DNA of 64,000 bases from a bacterium (GTDB taxonomy: Bacteria > Patescibacteriota > Minisyncoccia > Phycocordibacterales > CALRBL01): positions 4,468 to 68,467 of the forward strand of contig JAIYEG010000006.1 in the NCBI GenBank assembly GCA_027487075.1. The letters run 5' to 3'. Below are positions 35,476 to 45,222 of the stretch, in pieces (positions within the stretch are counted from its first letter, which is position 1; every line of letters begins with the position of its first letter). The translations under genes were made by a program, and so were the position numbers. The notes beneath the pieces were generated by a model. The model was given only the letters and a program-made list of their open reading frames with translations. It was not told the DNA's origin and searched no databases.

Positions 35476-37422
35476 ATGAATGATCTTGAGCGACAACGTG
35501 AAGAAGAGGAGGAGCGAAAAAGTCGTATCGACTCTGCGCGCGACAATTTGTATCGCCCAGGAGGTCCAAGTGTGATTCATCGTGAATCAGATCCGCGATT
35601 GCCGCAGGAAGAAGAGGCGCTCCCATCTCAAACATTCGCTCCACGTGTACCGCGCACCTTCGATGAACAAAAGTTTGCCTCAAAAGCAACTACGATCTTC
35701 CGTCGCATGTTCTTGGGAGCTCTGGTGTTTTTCGTAATTGCAATTGGCGTAGCAGGGTACATGTATTACTACGGCAACACCACTATCTCCGCAAAAAATA
35801 TTGAAGTCGATATTGTTGCACCACCGTCTGTGCCTTCAAGTGACACCTTTTCGTATGATGTGAGTATTCAAAATGGCAACAATGGTGATCTTCTTAACAC
35901 CGCACTCGTCATTGATTACCCAGAGGGCACGCGTAGCGTCGAAGATAATACGAAGCCGTTGGTGAGTGAGCGTATTGAGCTCGGTACCTTGTCGAAGGGG
36001 GCAGTAGTACGCCGCACATTGTCTGCGCGATTCTTTGGAGAAGAGAATGCGCAAAAAGATGTGCAGGTCCGAATCGAATATCAGGTGCCTGGATCTAATG
36101 GGCAGTTTAGTAAAGATGCCGGATTTAGTGTGTTCTTGAGACTCGCCCCTGTCGTGCTCACCATCGATGCGCTCAAAGAAATCAATAACAACCAAGAGGT
36201 GACATTGGTTGCTAAAGTGGTGTCAAACTCAAACAATACCTTAAGCAATCTCGCTCTCAATGTGACATATCCCTTCGGTTTTACGTACAAGAGCTCGAAT
36301 CTCGAAGTTGATGGACGAAAAGGAGAATTTCCACTCGGTGAACTCAAGCCAAATGAGACAAAGACGGTTGAGATTGTGGGAGATATCAGTGGGCAAAGCA
36401 ATGAAGATAAAGTATTTAAATTTAACGTAGGTACGGCAAGTAATGCAGATTCAACACGCGTGAGCACCTCACTTGCAATGCATGTGCATGACATGGTGAT
36501 TCGTGGAGATTTCTTGGCAACGTCGATCACCTTCGCAGATCGTAAGGATTATGTGATTGTTGGTGATAAGCTTCGAGGGACTATACAATGGCAGAATACG
36601 CTCAATGTGCCAGTCAACGATGCTAAGTTCACGCTTAAGATTGACGGGGACTTGATTGATAAAGATAATATCCGCGCAACTCAGGGATATTACGACTCAA
36701 ATCGCTCACTTATTGAATGGAATAAGAATATTGATCCTCGACTTGAAGAAATAAAGCCTGGTGAAAAGGGAGAATTCGCATTCGCTGTTGATCTTAAAGG
36801 TTTCGACGAAGCTCTTGCGGAACGGATTAGTAATCCAAAAATTAATTTGAAGTTCGATGTGCATGCGCGACGTATCAATGAGAATGATGTGACAGAAGAC
36901 ATTGAATCATCATTTGAGAGATCAGTGCCCATGGTGTCAGATGTGGTACTTACAGGCAAGACACTTTATAGCAGTGGTCCCTTGAAAAACAGTGGCCCTA
37001 TACCTCCAAAGGTTGAAACCAAGACCACGTATACCGTAGCACTCACCCTTACCAACACGGTTAATGAAGTATCAAATGGAGAGCTCACCCTTACGCTTCC
37101 CAACTATGTAACCTATGAAGGCGAGGTGACGCCCTCAAGTGAACGTATTTTATGGAATAGTAGCACCAAACAGCTTCGTTGGAGTGTGGGGTCATTGCCC
37201 GTGCGCACAGGATTTGGCACCGCGCCACGCACACTCAACTTTAAAGTGAGTGTATTGCCAAGTCGAAGTCAAATTGGAAAGACGTTGAATCTGGTGAATA
37301 ATGTTAGCTTTGTAGGACGTGATAATTTCGCAAATGCAGAGGTGAAGGCATCAGGAAATATTGTGACAACTTCGGTGCAAGATCCCGGAGCTGGATTTGG
37401 CACAGGGCAAGTGGTACAGTAA
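35476..37422 (+). CDS. large membrane-anchored surface protein with repeated beta-rich (Ig/CARDB-like) domains
   Basis: Charged N-terminus, one TM helix, then ~540 aa of Thr/Ser/Asn/Val-rich repeats. Confidence 0.55.
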   Translation: MNDLERQREEEEERKSRIDSARDNLYRPGGPSVIHRESDPRLPQEEEALPSQTFAPRVPRTFDEQKFASKATTIFRRMFLGALVFFVIAIGVAGYMYYYGNTTISAKNIEVDIVAPPSVPSSDTFSYDVSIQNGNNGDLLNTALVIDYPEGTRSVEDNTKPLVSERIELGTLSKGAVVRRTLSARFFGEENAQKDVQVRIEYQVPGSNGQFSKDAGFSVFLRLAPVVLTIDALKEINNNQEVTLVAKVVSNSNNTLSNLALNVTYPFGFTYKSSNLEVDGRKGEFPLGELKPNETKTVEIVGDISGQSNEDKVFKFNVGTASNADSTRVSTSLAMHVHDMVIRGDFLATSITFADRKDYVIVGDKLRGTIQWQNTLNVPVNDAKFTLKIDGDLIDKDNIRATQGYYDSNRSLIEWNKNIDPRLEEIKPGEKGEFAFAVDLKGFDEALAERISNPKINLKFDVHARRINENDVTEDIESSFERSVPMVSDVVLTGKTLYSSGPLKNSGPIPPKVETKTTYTVALTLTNTVNEVSNGELTLTLPNYVTYEGEVTPSSERILWNSSTKQLRWSVGSLPVRTGFGTAPRTLNFKVSVLPSRSQIGKTLNLVNNVSFVGRDNFANAEVKASGNIVTTSVQDPGAGFGTGQVVQ

Positions 37423-37608
37423 AGGGGACAGGCACCTTTTTTCGTGAAGCAGAGCACCACATAATCGTCAGTGTCCTTACAGGAGCACGGATATTTTCTT
37501 ACTAGAAAATTCCTCGTGCTCGCTCCGTCGAAGCCCCACAAGGCTCCTTTCAGGACACCGCCGATTATGCGTTTCTCTGTCTTTAAAAAGGTGCCTGCCC
37601 CCTTAATT
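37422..37608. repeat. structured intergenic repeat element, copy E (core on minus strand)
   Basis: Arms AAGGGGACAGGCACCTTTTTT / AAAAAGGTGCCTGCCCCCTT; reverse-complement core CGACGGAGCGAGCACGAGGAATTTTCTAGTAAGAAAATATCCGTGCTCCTGTAAGGAC is near-identical to copy A. Confidence 0.85.
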
Positions 37609-37612
37609 TTAT

Positions 37613-39160
37613 ATGGAACAACTTATTTCACTCTGTAAGCGACGCGGGTTTATTTACCAAGGTTCTGAAATCTATGGCGGTCTTGCGGGTACCTGGGATT
37701 ACGGGCCGCTCGGCGTCGCGCTCAAGAAGAATATCGAGAACTTGTGGTGGAAGCGCTTCGTGCTCGACCGTGAGGATATGTATGGTGTCGACGCAGCGCT
37801 TCTTATGAATCAGGAAGTCTGGAAATCTTCAGGTCATGTTGCGGGTTTTTCTGACCCTCTTGTTGAATGTAAGGTTTGTAATAAAAGATATAGAGTTGAT
37901 AATATCGTTGACCAAGAAAAATACTCAGAATATCTTAATTTGTTATTTAAACTTAACAGAGAAAAACTTGATCAAGGCGATCATGCTCGTATCATTGATA
38001 AGAATATTAAAGAAATTGAAAATGAATTTAAAAAAGTTTTTGTTAAGAAAAGAATCGCTGAATTAAATCTCGATTTGCAATCAATGATATTAAATGAGGT
38101 TCTTGAAGCAAGAAAGTATATTGGTACATGGGCACAATACTTTTTAAATAATTCAGTTAAATGTCAGTCTTGTGGTGAGCAAAAGTGGGGAATGCCAAGA
38201 CAATTTAATATGATGTTTAAAACAAATGTTGGTATTACAGAAGATGAAAAATCTATTTCATATCTTCGTCCTGAAACTGCACAGGGAATGTTTGTGAACT
38301 TCAAAAACATTCTTGATTCATTTCATCCAAAATTGCCGTTTGGTATGGCGCAGATTGGTAAAGCATTCCGCAACGAAATCGCACCTCGTGATTTTATTTT
38401 CCGCGTGCGTGAGCTTGAGCAGATGGAAATCGAGTATTTCGTGAAGCCTGAGACATGGGAAGAGCACTTCGAGCTGTTCCGCAAAGACATGTGGAGCTTC
38501 GTGAGCGATATTGGTCTTCCTGAAGCAAAAGTGCACGAGCTCGAAGTTGCTCCTGAAGATCGTGCGCACTACTCTAAGCGTACGATTGATTTTGAATTTG
38601 ATTTTCCGTTTGGAAAGAAAGAATTGTATGGCCTTGCATACCGTACTGACTACGATTTGAAGCAACATAGTGAAGGTTCAAAAGTTGATTTGTCATATTT
38701 CGATGAAGAGACCAAGTCTCGTTTTATTCCTCACTGCATTGAGCCATCATTTGGTATCGGCCGCACATTGCTTGCCGTGCTTTCGTCTGCATACACTGAA
38801 GACGAGCTTGGAGGAGAGAAGCGTACATATTTGAAGTTGTCTCCGAAGGTGGCTCCGTTCGTTGCTGCGGTCTTTCCACTTTTGAAGAATAAGCCAGAGC
38901 TTGTGGTTAAAGCGCGAGAAGTATTCGATGTGCTCCGCAAGAACCCAGCATTTTCAGGACGTATTGCATTCGATGATAACGGCAACATCGGTAAGCGCTA
39001 CCGACGTCAGGATGAAATTGGTACGCCGTTTTGTATTACCATCGACTTCGACACGCTCGGTGAGAATCCAGAACACAAAGATACTGTGACGTTGCGCTAT
39101 CGCGATACCGGAGAGCAGGTGAGAGTGGCGATTGCAGAGCTTGCTGCGAAACTCGTCTAA
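37613..39160 (+). CDS. glyQS: glycyl-tRNA synthetase, alpha2 homodimeric type
   Basis: RRGFIYQGSEIYGGLAGTWDYGPLGVALKKNI N-terminus; motif 2 FRNEIAPRDFIFRVRELEQMEIEYF; Cys4 insertion domain. Confidence 0.9.
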   Translation: MEQLISLCKRRGFIYQGSEIYGGLAGTWDYGPLGVALKKNIENLWWKRFVLDREDMYGVDAALLMNQEVWKSSGHVAGFSDPLVECKVCNKRYRVDNIVDQEKYSEYLNLLFKLNREKLDQGDHARIIDKNIKEIENEFKKVFVKKRIAELNLDLQSMILNEVLEARKYIGTWAQYFLNNSVKCQSCGEQKWGMPRQFNMMFKTNVGITEDEKSISYLRPETAQGMFVNFKNILDSFHPKLPFGMAQIGKAFRNEIAPRDFIFRVRELEQMEIEYFVKPETWEEHFELFRKDMWSFVSDIGLPEAKVHELEVAPEDRAHYSKRTIDFEFDFPFGKKELYGLAYRTDYDLKQHSEGSKVDLSYFDEETKSRFIPHCIEPSFGIGRTLLAVLSSAYTEDELGGEKRTYLKLSPKVAPFVAAVFPLLKNKPELVVKAREVFDVLRKNPAFSGRIAFDDNGNIGKRYRRQDEIGTPFCITIDFDTLGENPEHKDTVTLRYRDTGEQVRVAIAELAAKLV

Positions 39161-39170
39161 CTAGATAAGG

Positions 39171-39200
39171 AAAACACCCCGGAGGTCCGGGGTGTTTTGG
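39171..39200. terminator. bidirectional Rho-independent terminator
   Basis: AAAACACCCCGGAGGTCCGGGGTGTTTT. Confidence 0.75.
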
Positions 39201-39217
39201 TGAGAGAATGATTTTGG

Positions 39218-39604
39218 TCAGGCGAGAATTCGCGCGAGAAGCTCAATAAGCTCCTTTGGGTGCGATTTTCCACTCACTTGGTGAGTGCAGCCAGCCTCGA
39301 TCTGCCGAGTGCGGAATTCCTGAAGAGCGCTGTTCGCGATCATGTGGCCACTGTAGACCTTCTTGAAGGCTTGGATGAATCCATGGAAGGTGCTCATGCT
39401 ACTCCTCCCATGCATCATGCTTCCGTCCCACACGATTGCGGAAAATGCATCCGCTTGCTCAAGGAGACGAAGGAATTGAGGTTCCTGTGGATCGATGATT
39501 TCTCGGCAAAAGTGGACTTCAAACCCAGCTTGCCCGAGGGCTTGTTGGTATGCGTTTATCCAGTTCAAGTCGTCTTCGAAGATGAGGATTTTCTTGTTGT
39601 TCAT
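39218..39604 (-). CDS. stand-alone response-regulator receiver (CheY-like) domain protein
   Basis: KKILIFEDD...AIVWDGSMM. Confidence 0.6.
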   Translation of the reverse strand: MNNKKILIFEDDLNWINAYQQALGQAGFEVHFCREIIDPQEPQFLRLLEQADAFSAIVWDGSMMHGRSSMSTFHGFIQAFKKVYSGHMIANSALQEFRTRQIEAGCTHQVSGKSHPKELIELLARILA

Positions 39605-39710
39605 GGTGCTACGTGTTCAGTTGGTGAAGGTTGGTGTTGTAGAAACGTTTCCAAAAACCTATCACTTACAGACAGTGGCGTCAAAGCCGGGAAGATAGTA
39701 TAAATACCCC

Positions 39711-41000
39711 ATGCCAACTCCTATTCGCACTACACTTTCAAACGGTCTTCGTATCTGTCTCGTGCCACTTAAGGACGCTTCGACAGCGATGGTGATGATT
39801 CTTGCCGAGACTGGCTCAGAATACGAGACCAAAGAGCAGAACGGCATCTCGCATTTTCTCGAGCACATGTGCTTCAAGGGAACGACCAGGCGACCAACTT
39901 CTAAGATCATCAATGAAGAGCTTGATGGGCTTGGTGCTGCATCAAATGCCTTCACGGGTAGTAGCTACACCGGCTTTTATGCTAAAGCGCATGCTGACAA
40001 GACAGAGCAGATGCTCGATATCGTCTCTGATATCTATCTGAATTCAACATTTCCTCAAGAAGAAATTGAGAAAGAGAAGGGGGTAGTGATCGAAGAAATC
40101 AATATGTATGAAGACCGCCCACAAAGTAAAGTGTGGGATGTGCTTGGTGAAGCAGTGTTTGGTGACCAGCCGGCAGGACGCACCATCATCGGTACCAAAG
40201 AAACGGTGAGTTCATTCACGCGCGAAGATTTGGTGAACTATCATGCATCGCACTATGTTCCTGAAGCGACGATTGTGGTGGTTGCAGGAAAGATTGATGA
40301 AGCAAAAGTGATTACGCAAATCAAGAACATGTTTGGCGGTATCAAAGCGTTGCCTAAAGCGATGCGACCACACGTGATCGACGAACAGTCTGCTCCAAAA
40401 GTGGCAATCCTCCACAAAAAGAGCGATCAAACACACATCGCTTTTGCATTTCGTACGGGTATTCATCGCTACGATGTTGGACGCGCGTATCCTGCGGGTA
40501 TGCTCGGTGCGGTGCTCGGTTCCGGAATGGGTTCACGTTTATTCCACAAGATTCGCGAGGAGCTTGGTCTGGCATACTACATTCATGCATCGCACTCAGC
40601 AGACATCGATTATGGAACATTTACTATCAGCATGGGAGTTTCAAATGCAAAAGTGGTACCTGCACTCAAAGCAGTGTTCGAAGAATTGCGAAAGATTAAA
40701 GACGAGTTTGTGCCAGAGGCTGAACTTCGCAAAGTGAAAGATATGCGCAAAGGTCACTTCTACCTCGGCCTTGAAACCTCAAATGACTGGGCGGACTACT
40801 ATGGATTTCAAGAAATCTATCACGACAAGATCGAATCTCCTGAAGAGGTGATTGCAAAGCGTGAAGCGGTGACGGCAGAGCAGATGCGAGAGATTGCACG
40901 AGCGGTGTTCAAGCCTGAGCTTCTTACGATTGCCATGGTGGGGCCTGTTAAAGATGAAAAAGTAGTTTACGAGGCAATCGAATCATTGCGTAGCATTTGA
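39711..41000 (+). CDS. M16-family zinc metallopeptidase (pitrilysin/insulinase-like)
   Basis: GISHFLEHMCFKGT inverted HxxEH zinc motif. Confidence 0.8.
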   Translation: MPTPIRTTLSNGLRICLVPLKDASTAMVMILAETGSEYETKEQNGISHFLEHMCFKGTTRRPTSKIINEELDGLGAASNAFTGSSYTGFYAKAHADKTEQMLDIVSDIYLNSTFPQEEIEKEKGVVIEEINMYEDRPQSKVWDVLGEAVFGDQPAGRTIIGTKETVSSFTREDLVNYHASHYVPEATIVVVAGKIDEAKVITQIKNMFGGIKALPKAMRPHVIDEQSAPKVAILHKKSDQTHIAFAFRTGIHRYDVGRAYPAGMLGAVLGSGMGSRLFHKIREELGLAYYIHASHSADIDYGTFTISMGVSNAKVVPALKAVFEELRKIKDEFVPEAELRKVKDMRKGHFYLGLETSNDWADYYGFQEIYHDKIESPEEVIAKREAVTAEQMREIARAVFKPELLTIAMVGPVKDEKVVYEAIESLRSI

Positions 41001-41070
41001 CGCAAATGTATAAAATGGTTTAATCAGTGAGAACGTTATCTCATGTCGAGATCGCGCGCTCCTCACTCAA

Positions 41071-41607
41071 ATGAAACCATATCTCTTCAGACTCCTTCAG
41101 CTTCTTCTCGTGTTCGGCTTAGTGTGGGCCCATGCTCGCGCGTGTGCGTACCTGCTCAATCCAGTGCAACCGTTTGAAAGGACGATTGCGCTGCAGCACC
41201 CTTCGCACTCAACACGCGTCATCAGTGATGGCGAGGCAGATGGGCTCGAACGCACATCAGTCTTTGTTACCATGAACGACGTGCGCAGGGTAAGCCCTCA
41301 AACTCTTGTTGAGGTGTTGGTACATCCCAACGGAACCGCGTACTACCATTATTGGATGAGCGGAATCTCCTTTGTGGGAAAAGATTCCTTTCGTCCCGCC
41401 ATGATGGAGGGAATTCCTGATACGGCGGGGGTTGATAGGATCTATGTCGACGATCTGGGTCGGCTTCAGATTACGTACGCAAAGGCGTGGGGGGACAGCA
41501 TTCTCCTGCTGTCGCTTTATACGTGCATCACCGTGGGGATGATCTTCGCCGTGTTGGTGCTGCCGGTGAACAGCAAATTCCAGAGGCCTCGTATGGCTTC
41601 TGCGTAA
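41071..41607 (+). CDS. hypothetical exported protein with C-terminal TM helix
   Basis: Signal-like N-terminus; GC-richer than flanks. Confidence 0.45.
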   Translation: MKPYLFRLLQLLLVFGLVWAHARACAYLLNPVQPFERTIALQHPSHSTRVISDGEADGLERTSVFVTMNDVRRVSPQTLVEVLVHPNGTAYYHYWMSGISFVGKDSFRPAMMEGIPDTAGVDRIYVDDLGRLQITYAKAWGDSILLLSLYTCITVGMIFAVLVLPVNSKFQRPRMASA

Positions 41608-41631
41608 ATCGTTCCCGAACCTCAAGAGTAA

Positions 41632-41667
41632 GAGCCGCACCGAATCAAGTAGGTGCGGCTTTTTTTA
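41632..41667 (+). terminator. Rho-independent terminator
   Basis: AGAGCCGCACC-GAATCAAGTA-GGTGCGGCTTTTTTT. Confidence 0.75.
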
Positions 41668-41694
41668 TATACAGCTTGGTGGTAGTATCGACGT

Positions 41695-43137
41695 ATGAGT
41701 CATGCCGCGCCTTTCTACGTCACTACCCCCATTTTTTACCCCAACGCTGAGCTCCACCTCGGTCATGCCTATGCCGTGACAGTCTGCGATATCTTGGCGC
41801 GCTACCACCGCCTTCAGGGTGACCCTACGTACTTTCTGACCGGTGCCGACGAAAACACCTCGAAGGTGATCAAGGCTGCCAACGAGCTCAACAAAGAACC
41901 ACGCCAACATCTTGATGATATTGTATCGAGTTTCAAAGCATTGTTTGCAGAGCTTGAGTCATCTCATGATCAGTTTATTCGTACCTCAGATGAAAAAGTT
42001 CACTGGCCGGGTGCGGTAAAGTTGTGGAATAAGCTCGTAGAGAAAGGGGATATCGAGAAGCGATCATACAAAGGTCTCTATTGCCCTTCATGTGAAGCGT
42101 TTTATACCGAAAAAGATTTGGTTGAGGGAAAGTGTCCTCAGCACTACATCGAGCTCGAAACGATCGAAGAAGAAAATTATTTCTTTCTGTTGTCTCGCTA
42201 TACACAAGCGATTAAAGAAAAAATTGAGAGTGGCGAACTCAATATCATTCCTCAGACACGAAAAAATGAAATTCTCTCAGTGCTCAAGGATGGGTTGCAA
42301 GATGTGAGCTTTTCTCGACCTCGTACTAAGGTGCCATGGGGAATTCCGGTCCCGGGGGATAATGCGCAGGTGATGTATGTATGGTGCGACGCACTTTCAA
42401 ACTACATTTCTGCACTTGGATACGGCTCAGATGATGAGAGTTTGTATGAGAAGTTCTGGCCTGCGAATGTGCATGTGGTAGGTAAGGATATTTTGCGTTT
42501 CCATGCGGCGATTTGGCCCGGTATGCTGCTTTCTGCGGGTCTTCCACTTCCACAAAATATTTTGGTGACAGGTCTTATTCAGTCGGGAGGGAAGAAGATG
42601 TCAAAGTCGCTGGGGAATGTTATTTCTCCGAAAGAGCTTATTGACGAATATGGTGTAGAGGCGCTTCGCGCATACTTTGCAAAAGAAATTTCGCTCTTCG
42701 AAGATGGAGAGCTCAATCGGGAGAGTTTTAAGGCGTCATTCAACGCTGATCTTGCAAATGGTATTGGGAACCTCACGTCACGTGTCATGAAAATGGCAGA
42801 ATCAAATCTTGATGCGCCTGTGGTGATCCCCGAAGAGAATAAGGTATGGTCAGAAGAGTACAAGAAAGCCTTCGAAGAATTCAATATTAAGAAAGCAATC
42901 GACGTGGTGTTTGAATCGATAAAGACAATCGATACTGCAATCCAGGATACTCAGCCATTCAAGGTGGTGAAGACTGATCCAGAGAAGGGGAAAGCACTCA
43001 TTGCTGATTTGGTAATCCGCCTTTACGGTGTTGCGCAGCACCTCGCGCCATTCATGCCAGAAACTTCACGAAAGATTCAAGAGGCAATTGCTTCAAACAA
43101 AATGCCAAGCGAGTCACTCTTCATGCGCAAGGATTAA
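41695..43137 (+). CDS. metG: methionyl-tRNA synthetase (short form)
   Basis: PIFYPNAELHLGHAY (HIGH), KMSKSLGN. Confidence 0.9.
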   Translation: MSHAAPFYVTTPIFYPNAELHLGHAYAVTVCDILARYHRLQGDPTYFLTGADENTSKVIKAANELNKEPRQHLDDIVSSFKALFAELESSHDQFIRTSDEKVHWPGAVKLWNKLVEKGDIEKRSYKGLYCPSCEAFYTEKDLVEGKCPQHYIELETIEEENYFFLLSRYTQAIKEKIESGELNIIPQTRKNEILSVLKDGLQDVSFSRPRTKVPWGIPVPGDNAQVMYVWCDALSNYISALGYGSDDESLYEKFWPANVHVVGKDILRFHAAIWPGMLLSAGLPLPQNILVTGLIQSGGKKMSKSLGNVISPKELIDEYGVEALRAYFAKEISLFEDGELNRESFKASFNADLANGIGNLTSRVMKMAESNLDAPVVIPEENKVWSEEYKKAFEEFNIKKAIDVVFESIKTIDTAIQDTQPFKVVKTDPEKGKALIADLVIRLYGVAQHLAPFMPETSRKIQEAIASNKMPSESLFMRKD

Positions 43138-43143
43138 CTATTC

Positions 43144-43935
43144 ATGAGTGATATTACTTACATCGACATCCACTCGCATCTCAACTTTCCGGAGTATGAC
43201 GCTGATCGTGAGCAGGTCATTGCGCGCATGAAAGAAAAAGGTGTGGCCACCATTACGGTCGGAACTTCACTCGCAACCTCGCAGAGTGCGGTCGGGCTCG
43301 CCGAACAGCACGATAATATTTTTGCCTGCATCGGTATTCATCCGATTGATGAAGAATTTCCTGAGTTTAATGAAGAAGAATTTGCGAAGTTGGTCGTGAG
43401 CCCAAAGGTGGTAGCAGTCGGTGAGTGTGGGCTCGACTACGGAAGAGAAGGAGTGATCGATGAAGATAAGAAAGCGGTGCAGATGGCATTGTTTGATCAG
43501 CAGATTGAGTTTGCAGTGAAGCACAACAAGGCAATTATGATCCACGCCCGCAATGCGAATCAGGACATCATCGCGCTTCTTGCAGAAAAGAAAAACGTGC
43601 ATGGTGAACGACTTCGGGGGAATGTCCACTTCTTCACGGGAACTATTGAGGAGGCACGGCAATTTGCTGAGCTCGATTTCAGTGTGTCGTTTACGGGGGT
43701 GATCACTTTTGCACGAGAATATGCCACAACCATCAAAGAACTCCCACTTTCTGACTTTATGTCTGAGACAGACGCACCCTTTGTGAGTCCGATTCCATAC
43801 CGTGGTACCCGAAATGAGCCAACCTATGTGATCGAGGTGGTCAAAAAAATGGCTGAAATTAAGGGGTTAGACGAGGGAGACGTAGCTCAAGAAATACTCA
43901 AGAACGCTGTTGCAAAGTTCAATCTCGTGTGGTAA
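43144..43935 (+). CDS. tatD: TatD-family metal-dependent hydrolase/DNase
   Basis: YIDIHSHLNF...AVGECGLDY...HARNA. Confidence 0.85.
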   Translation: MSDITYIDIHSHLNFPEYDADREQVIARMKEKGVATITVGTSLATSQSAVGLAEQHDNIFACIGIHPIDEEFPEFNEEEFAKLVVSPKVVAVGECGLDYGREGVIDEDKKAVQMALFDQQIEFAVKHNKAIMIHARNANQDIIALLAEKKNVHGERLRGNVHFFTGTIEEARQFAELDFSVSFTGVITFAREYATTIKELPLSDFMSETDAPFVSPIPYRGTRNEPTYVIEVVKKMAEIKGLDEGDVAQEILKNAVAKFNLVW

Positions 43936-43948
43936 GTTAGCGTAACTT

Positions 43949-44365
43949 ATGCAAGAAATAAACATTTACGAAGCTGGCTACCACATCGTGCCTACCTTGG
44001 CAGAGGATCTTATTCCTGCTGAAGTAGAGAAGGTGAAAGCCTTTATCACCGACCTTGGTGGCGAGATTATCTCTGAAGGAGCACCTGAGCTTAAGACGCT
44101 TGCATACCCTATCTCAAAGACGGTGAAGTCTATCAAGAGCACCTACGGCAAGGCATACTTTACCTGGGTTAAGTTCAGCCTTTCACCAGAGTCAGTCGAG
44201 AAGGTAAAAGCAATGTTTGATGCCTCAGAAACCACTCTTCGCTACCTCATCATCTCAACAGTAAAGGAGAGCACACTCATGGCAGACCGCGTTACCAAGC
44301 GACCTAAGACAGAAGCCGGAGCCGAGGAAGCTACCGAAGAAGCTCCTGCGGACTCTGACAAATAA
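43949..44365 (+). CDS. rpsF: 30S ribosomal protein S6
   Basis: YEAGYHIVPTLAE... with acidic C-terminal tail; precedes ssb-rpsR. Confidence 0.85.
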   Translation: MQEINIYEAGYHIVPTLAEDLIPAEVEKVKAFITDLGGEIISEGAPELKTLAYPISKTVKSIKSTYGKAYFTWVKFSLSPESVEKVKAMFDASETTLRYLIISTVKESTLMADRVTKRPKTEAGAEEATEEAPADSDK

Positions 44366-44380
44366 CCTCATCATCACCTC

Positions 44381-44848
44381 ATGTACCTTAACAAAGCACT
44401 CATCATAGGAAACCTCACTCGAGACCCAGAGATCAAAGCTCTCCCGTCAGGAATGCAGGTGACCAGCTTTTCTGTTGCTACTAATCGTGTCTGGAAAGAC
44501 AAGTCAGGAGCACGTCAGGAAAGCTCTGATTACCACAACATCGTGGTCTTTGGACGTCAGGCTGAGACGTCAGCTCAATATCTTAAGAAGGGTGCTTCAG
44601 TGCTCATTGAAGGCCGTATCCAGACTCGTTCATGGGACGGACAGGATGGCAAAAAGCAGTACCGCACCGAAATCGTAGCCGACAACGTACAATTCGGTCC
44701 TCGAGCAGGGGGTATGAGTGGAGGCGCTGTGTCCGAGGCCTCTGCTTCGGCTTCTGCAGTTCCTGGTGCACGCAAGGCTCCTATGCAAGAGGATGAGGGT
44801 ATAGCATACCCCGATGAGGAAATTAACCCCGAAGACATCCCATTTTAG
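44381..44848 (+). CDS. ssb: single-stranded DNA-binding protein
   Basis: LNKALIIGNLTRDPE...IVADNVQFG, C-terminal DIPF tail. Confidence 0.9.
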   Translation: MYLNKALIIGNLTRDPEIKALPSGMQVTSFSVATNRVWKDKSGARQESSDYHNIVVFGRQAETSAQYLKKGASVLIEGRIQTRSWDGQDGKKQYRTEIVADNVQFGPRAGGMSGGAVSEASASASAVPGARKAPMQEDEGIAYPDEEINPEDIPF

Positions 44849-44905
44849 GTCTCACATTTGCAATTTTACTGAAATACGATATAAATACCCCTACACACAA
44901 ATTAT

Positions 44906-45106
44906 ATGAAAAAATGCTACTTCTCACAGAATAATATCAAGCATGTAGATTACAAGGATACGGACTTGCTCAAAAAGTTCCTTAATCCTCATGCTCGTCT
45001 TCTTTCAAGCAAGAAGACTGGTGTGAATGCTAAGCACCAGCGCAAGCTTGCTAACGCTGTAAAGCGCGCTCGCTTCATGGCTCTCATTCCGTATATTAGT
45101 CGATAA
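44906..45106 (+). CDS. rpsR: 30S ribosomal protein S18
   Basis: VDYKDTDLLKKFLNPHARLLSSKKTGVNAKHQRKLANAVKRARFMALIPY. Confidence 0.9.
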   Translation: MKKCYFSQNNIKHVDYKDTDLLKKFLNPHARLLSSKKTGVNAKHQRKLANAVKRARFMALIPYISR

Positions 45107-45220
45107 ACTAAACAAAATACCCCGAAAGAAACATTGCGCAGCCTTGCGGCGAGCATAGGAATTTTTCAGAAGAAAAATATCCGTGTTTCTGAAGGGGTAT
45201 TTTGTTTATTTATCGCTGAC
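45099..45220. repeat. structured intergenic repeat element, copy D, spanning the convergent rpsR-efp gap
   Basis: Arms GTCGATAAACTAAACAAAATACCCC / GGGGTATTTTGTTTATTTATCG; core CATTGCGCAGCCTTGCGGCGAGCATAGGAATTTTTCAGAAGAAAAATATCCGTGTTTC; left arm overlaps the rpsR stop. Confidence 0.8.
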
Positions 45221-45222
45221 GT

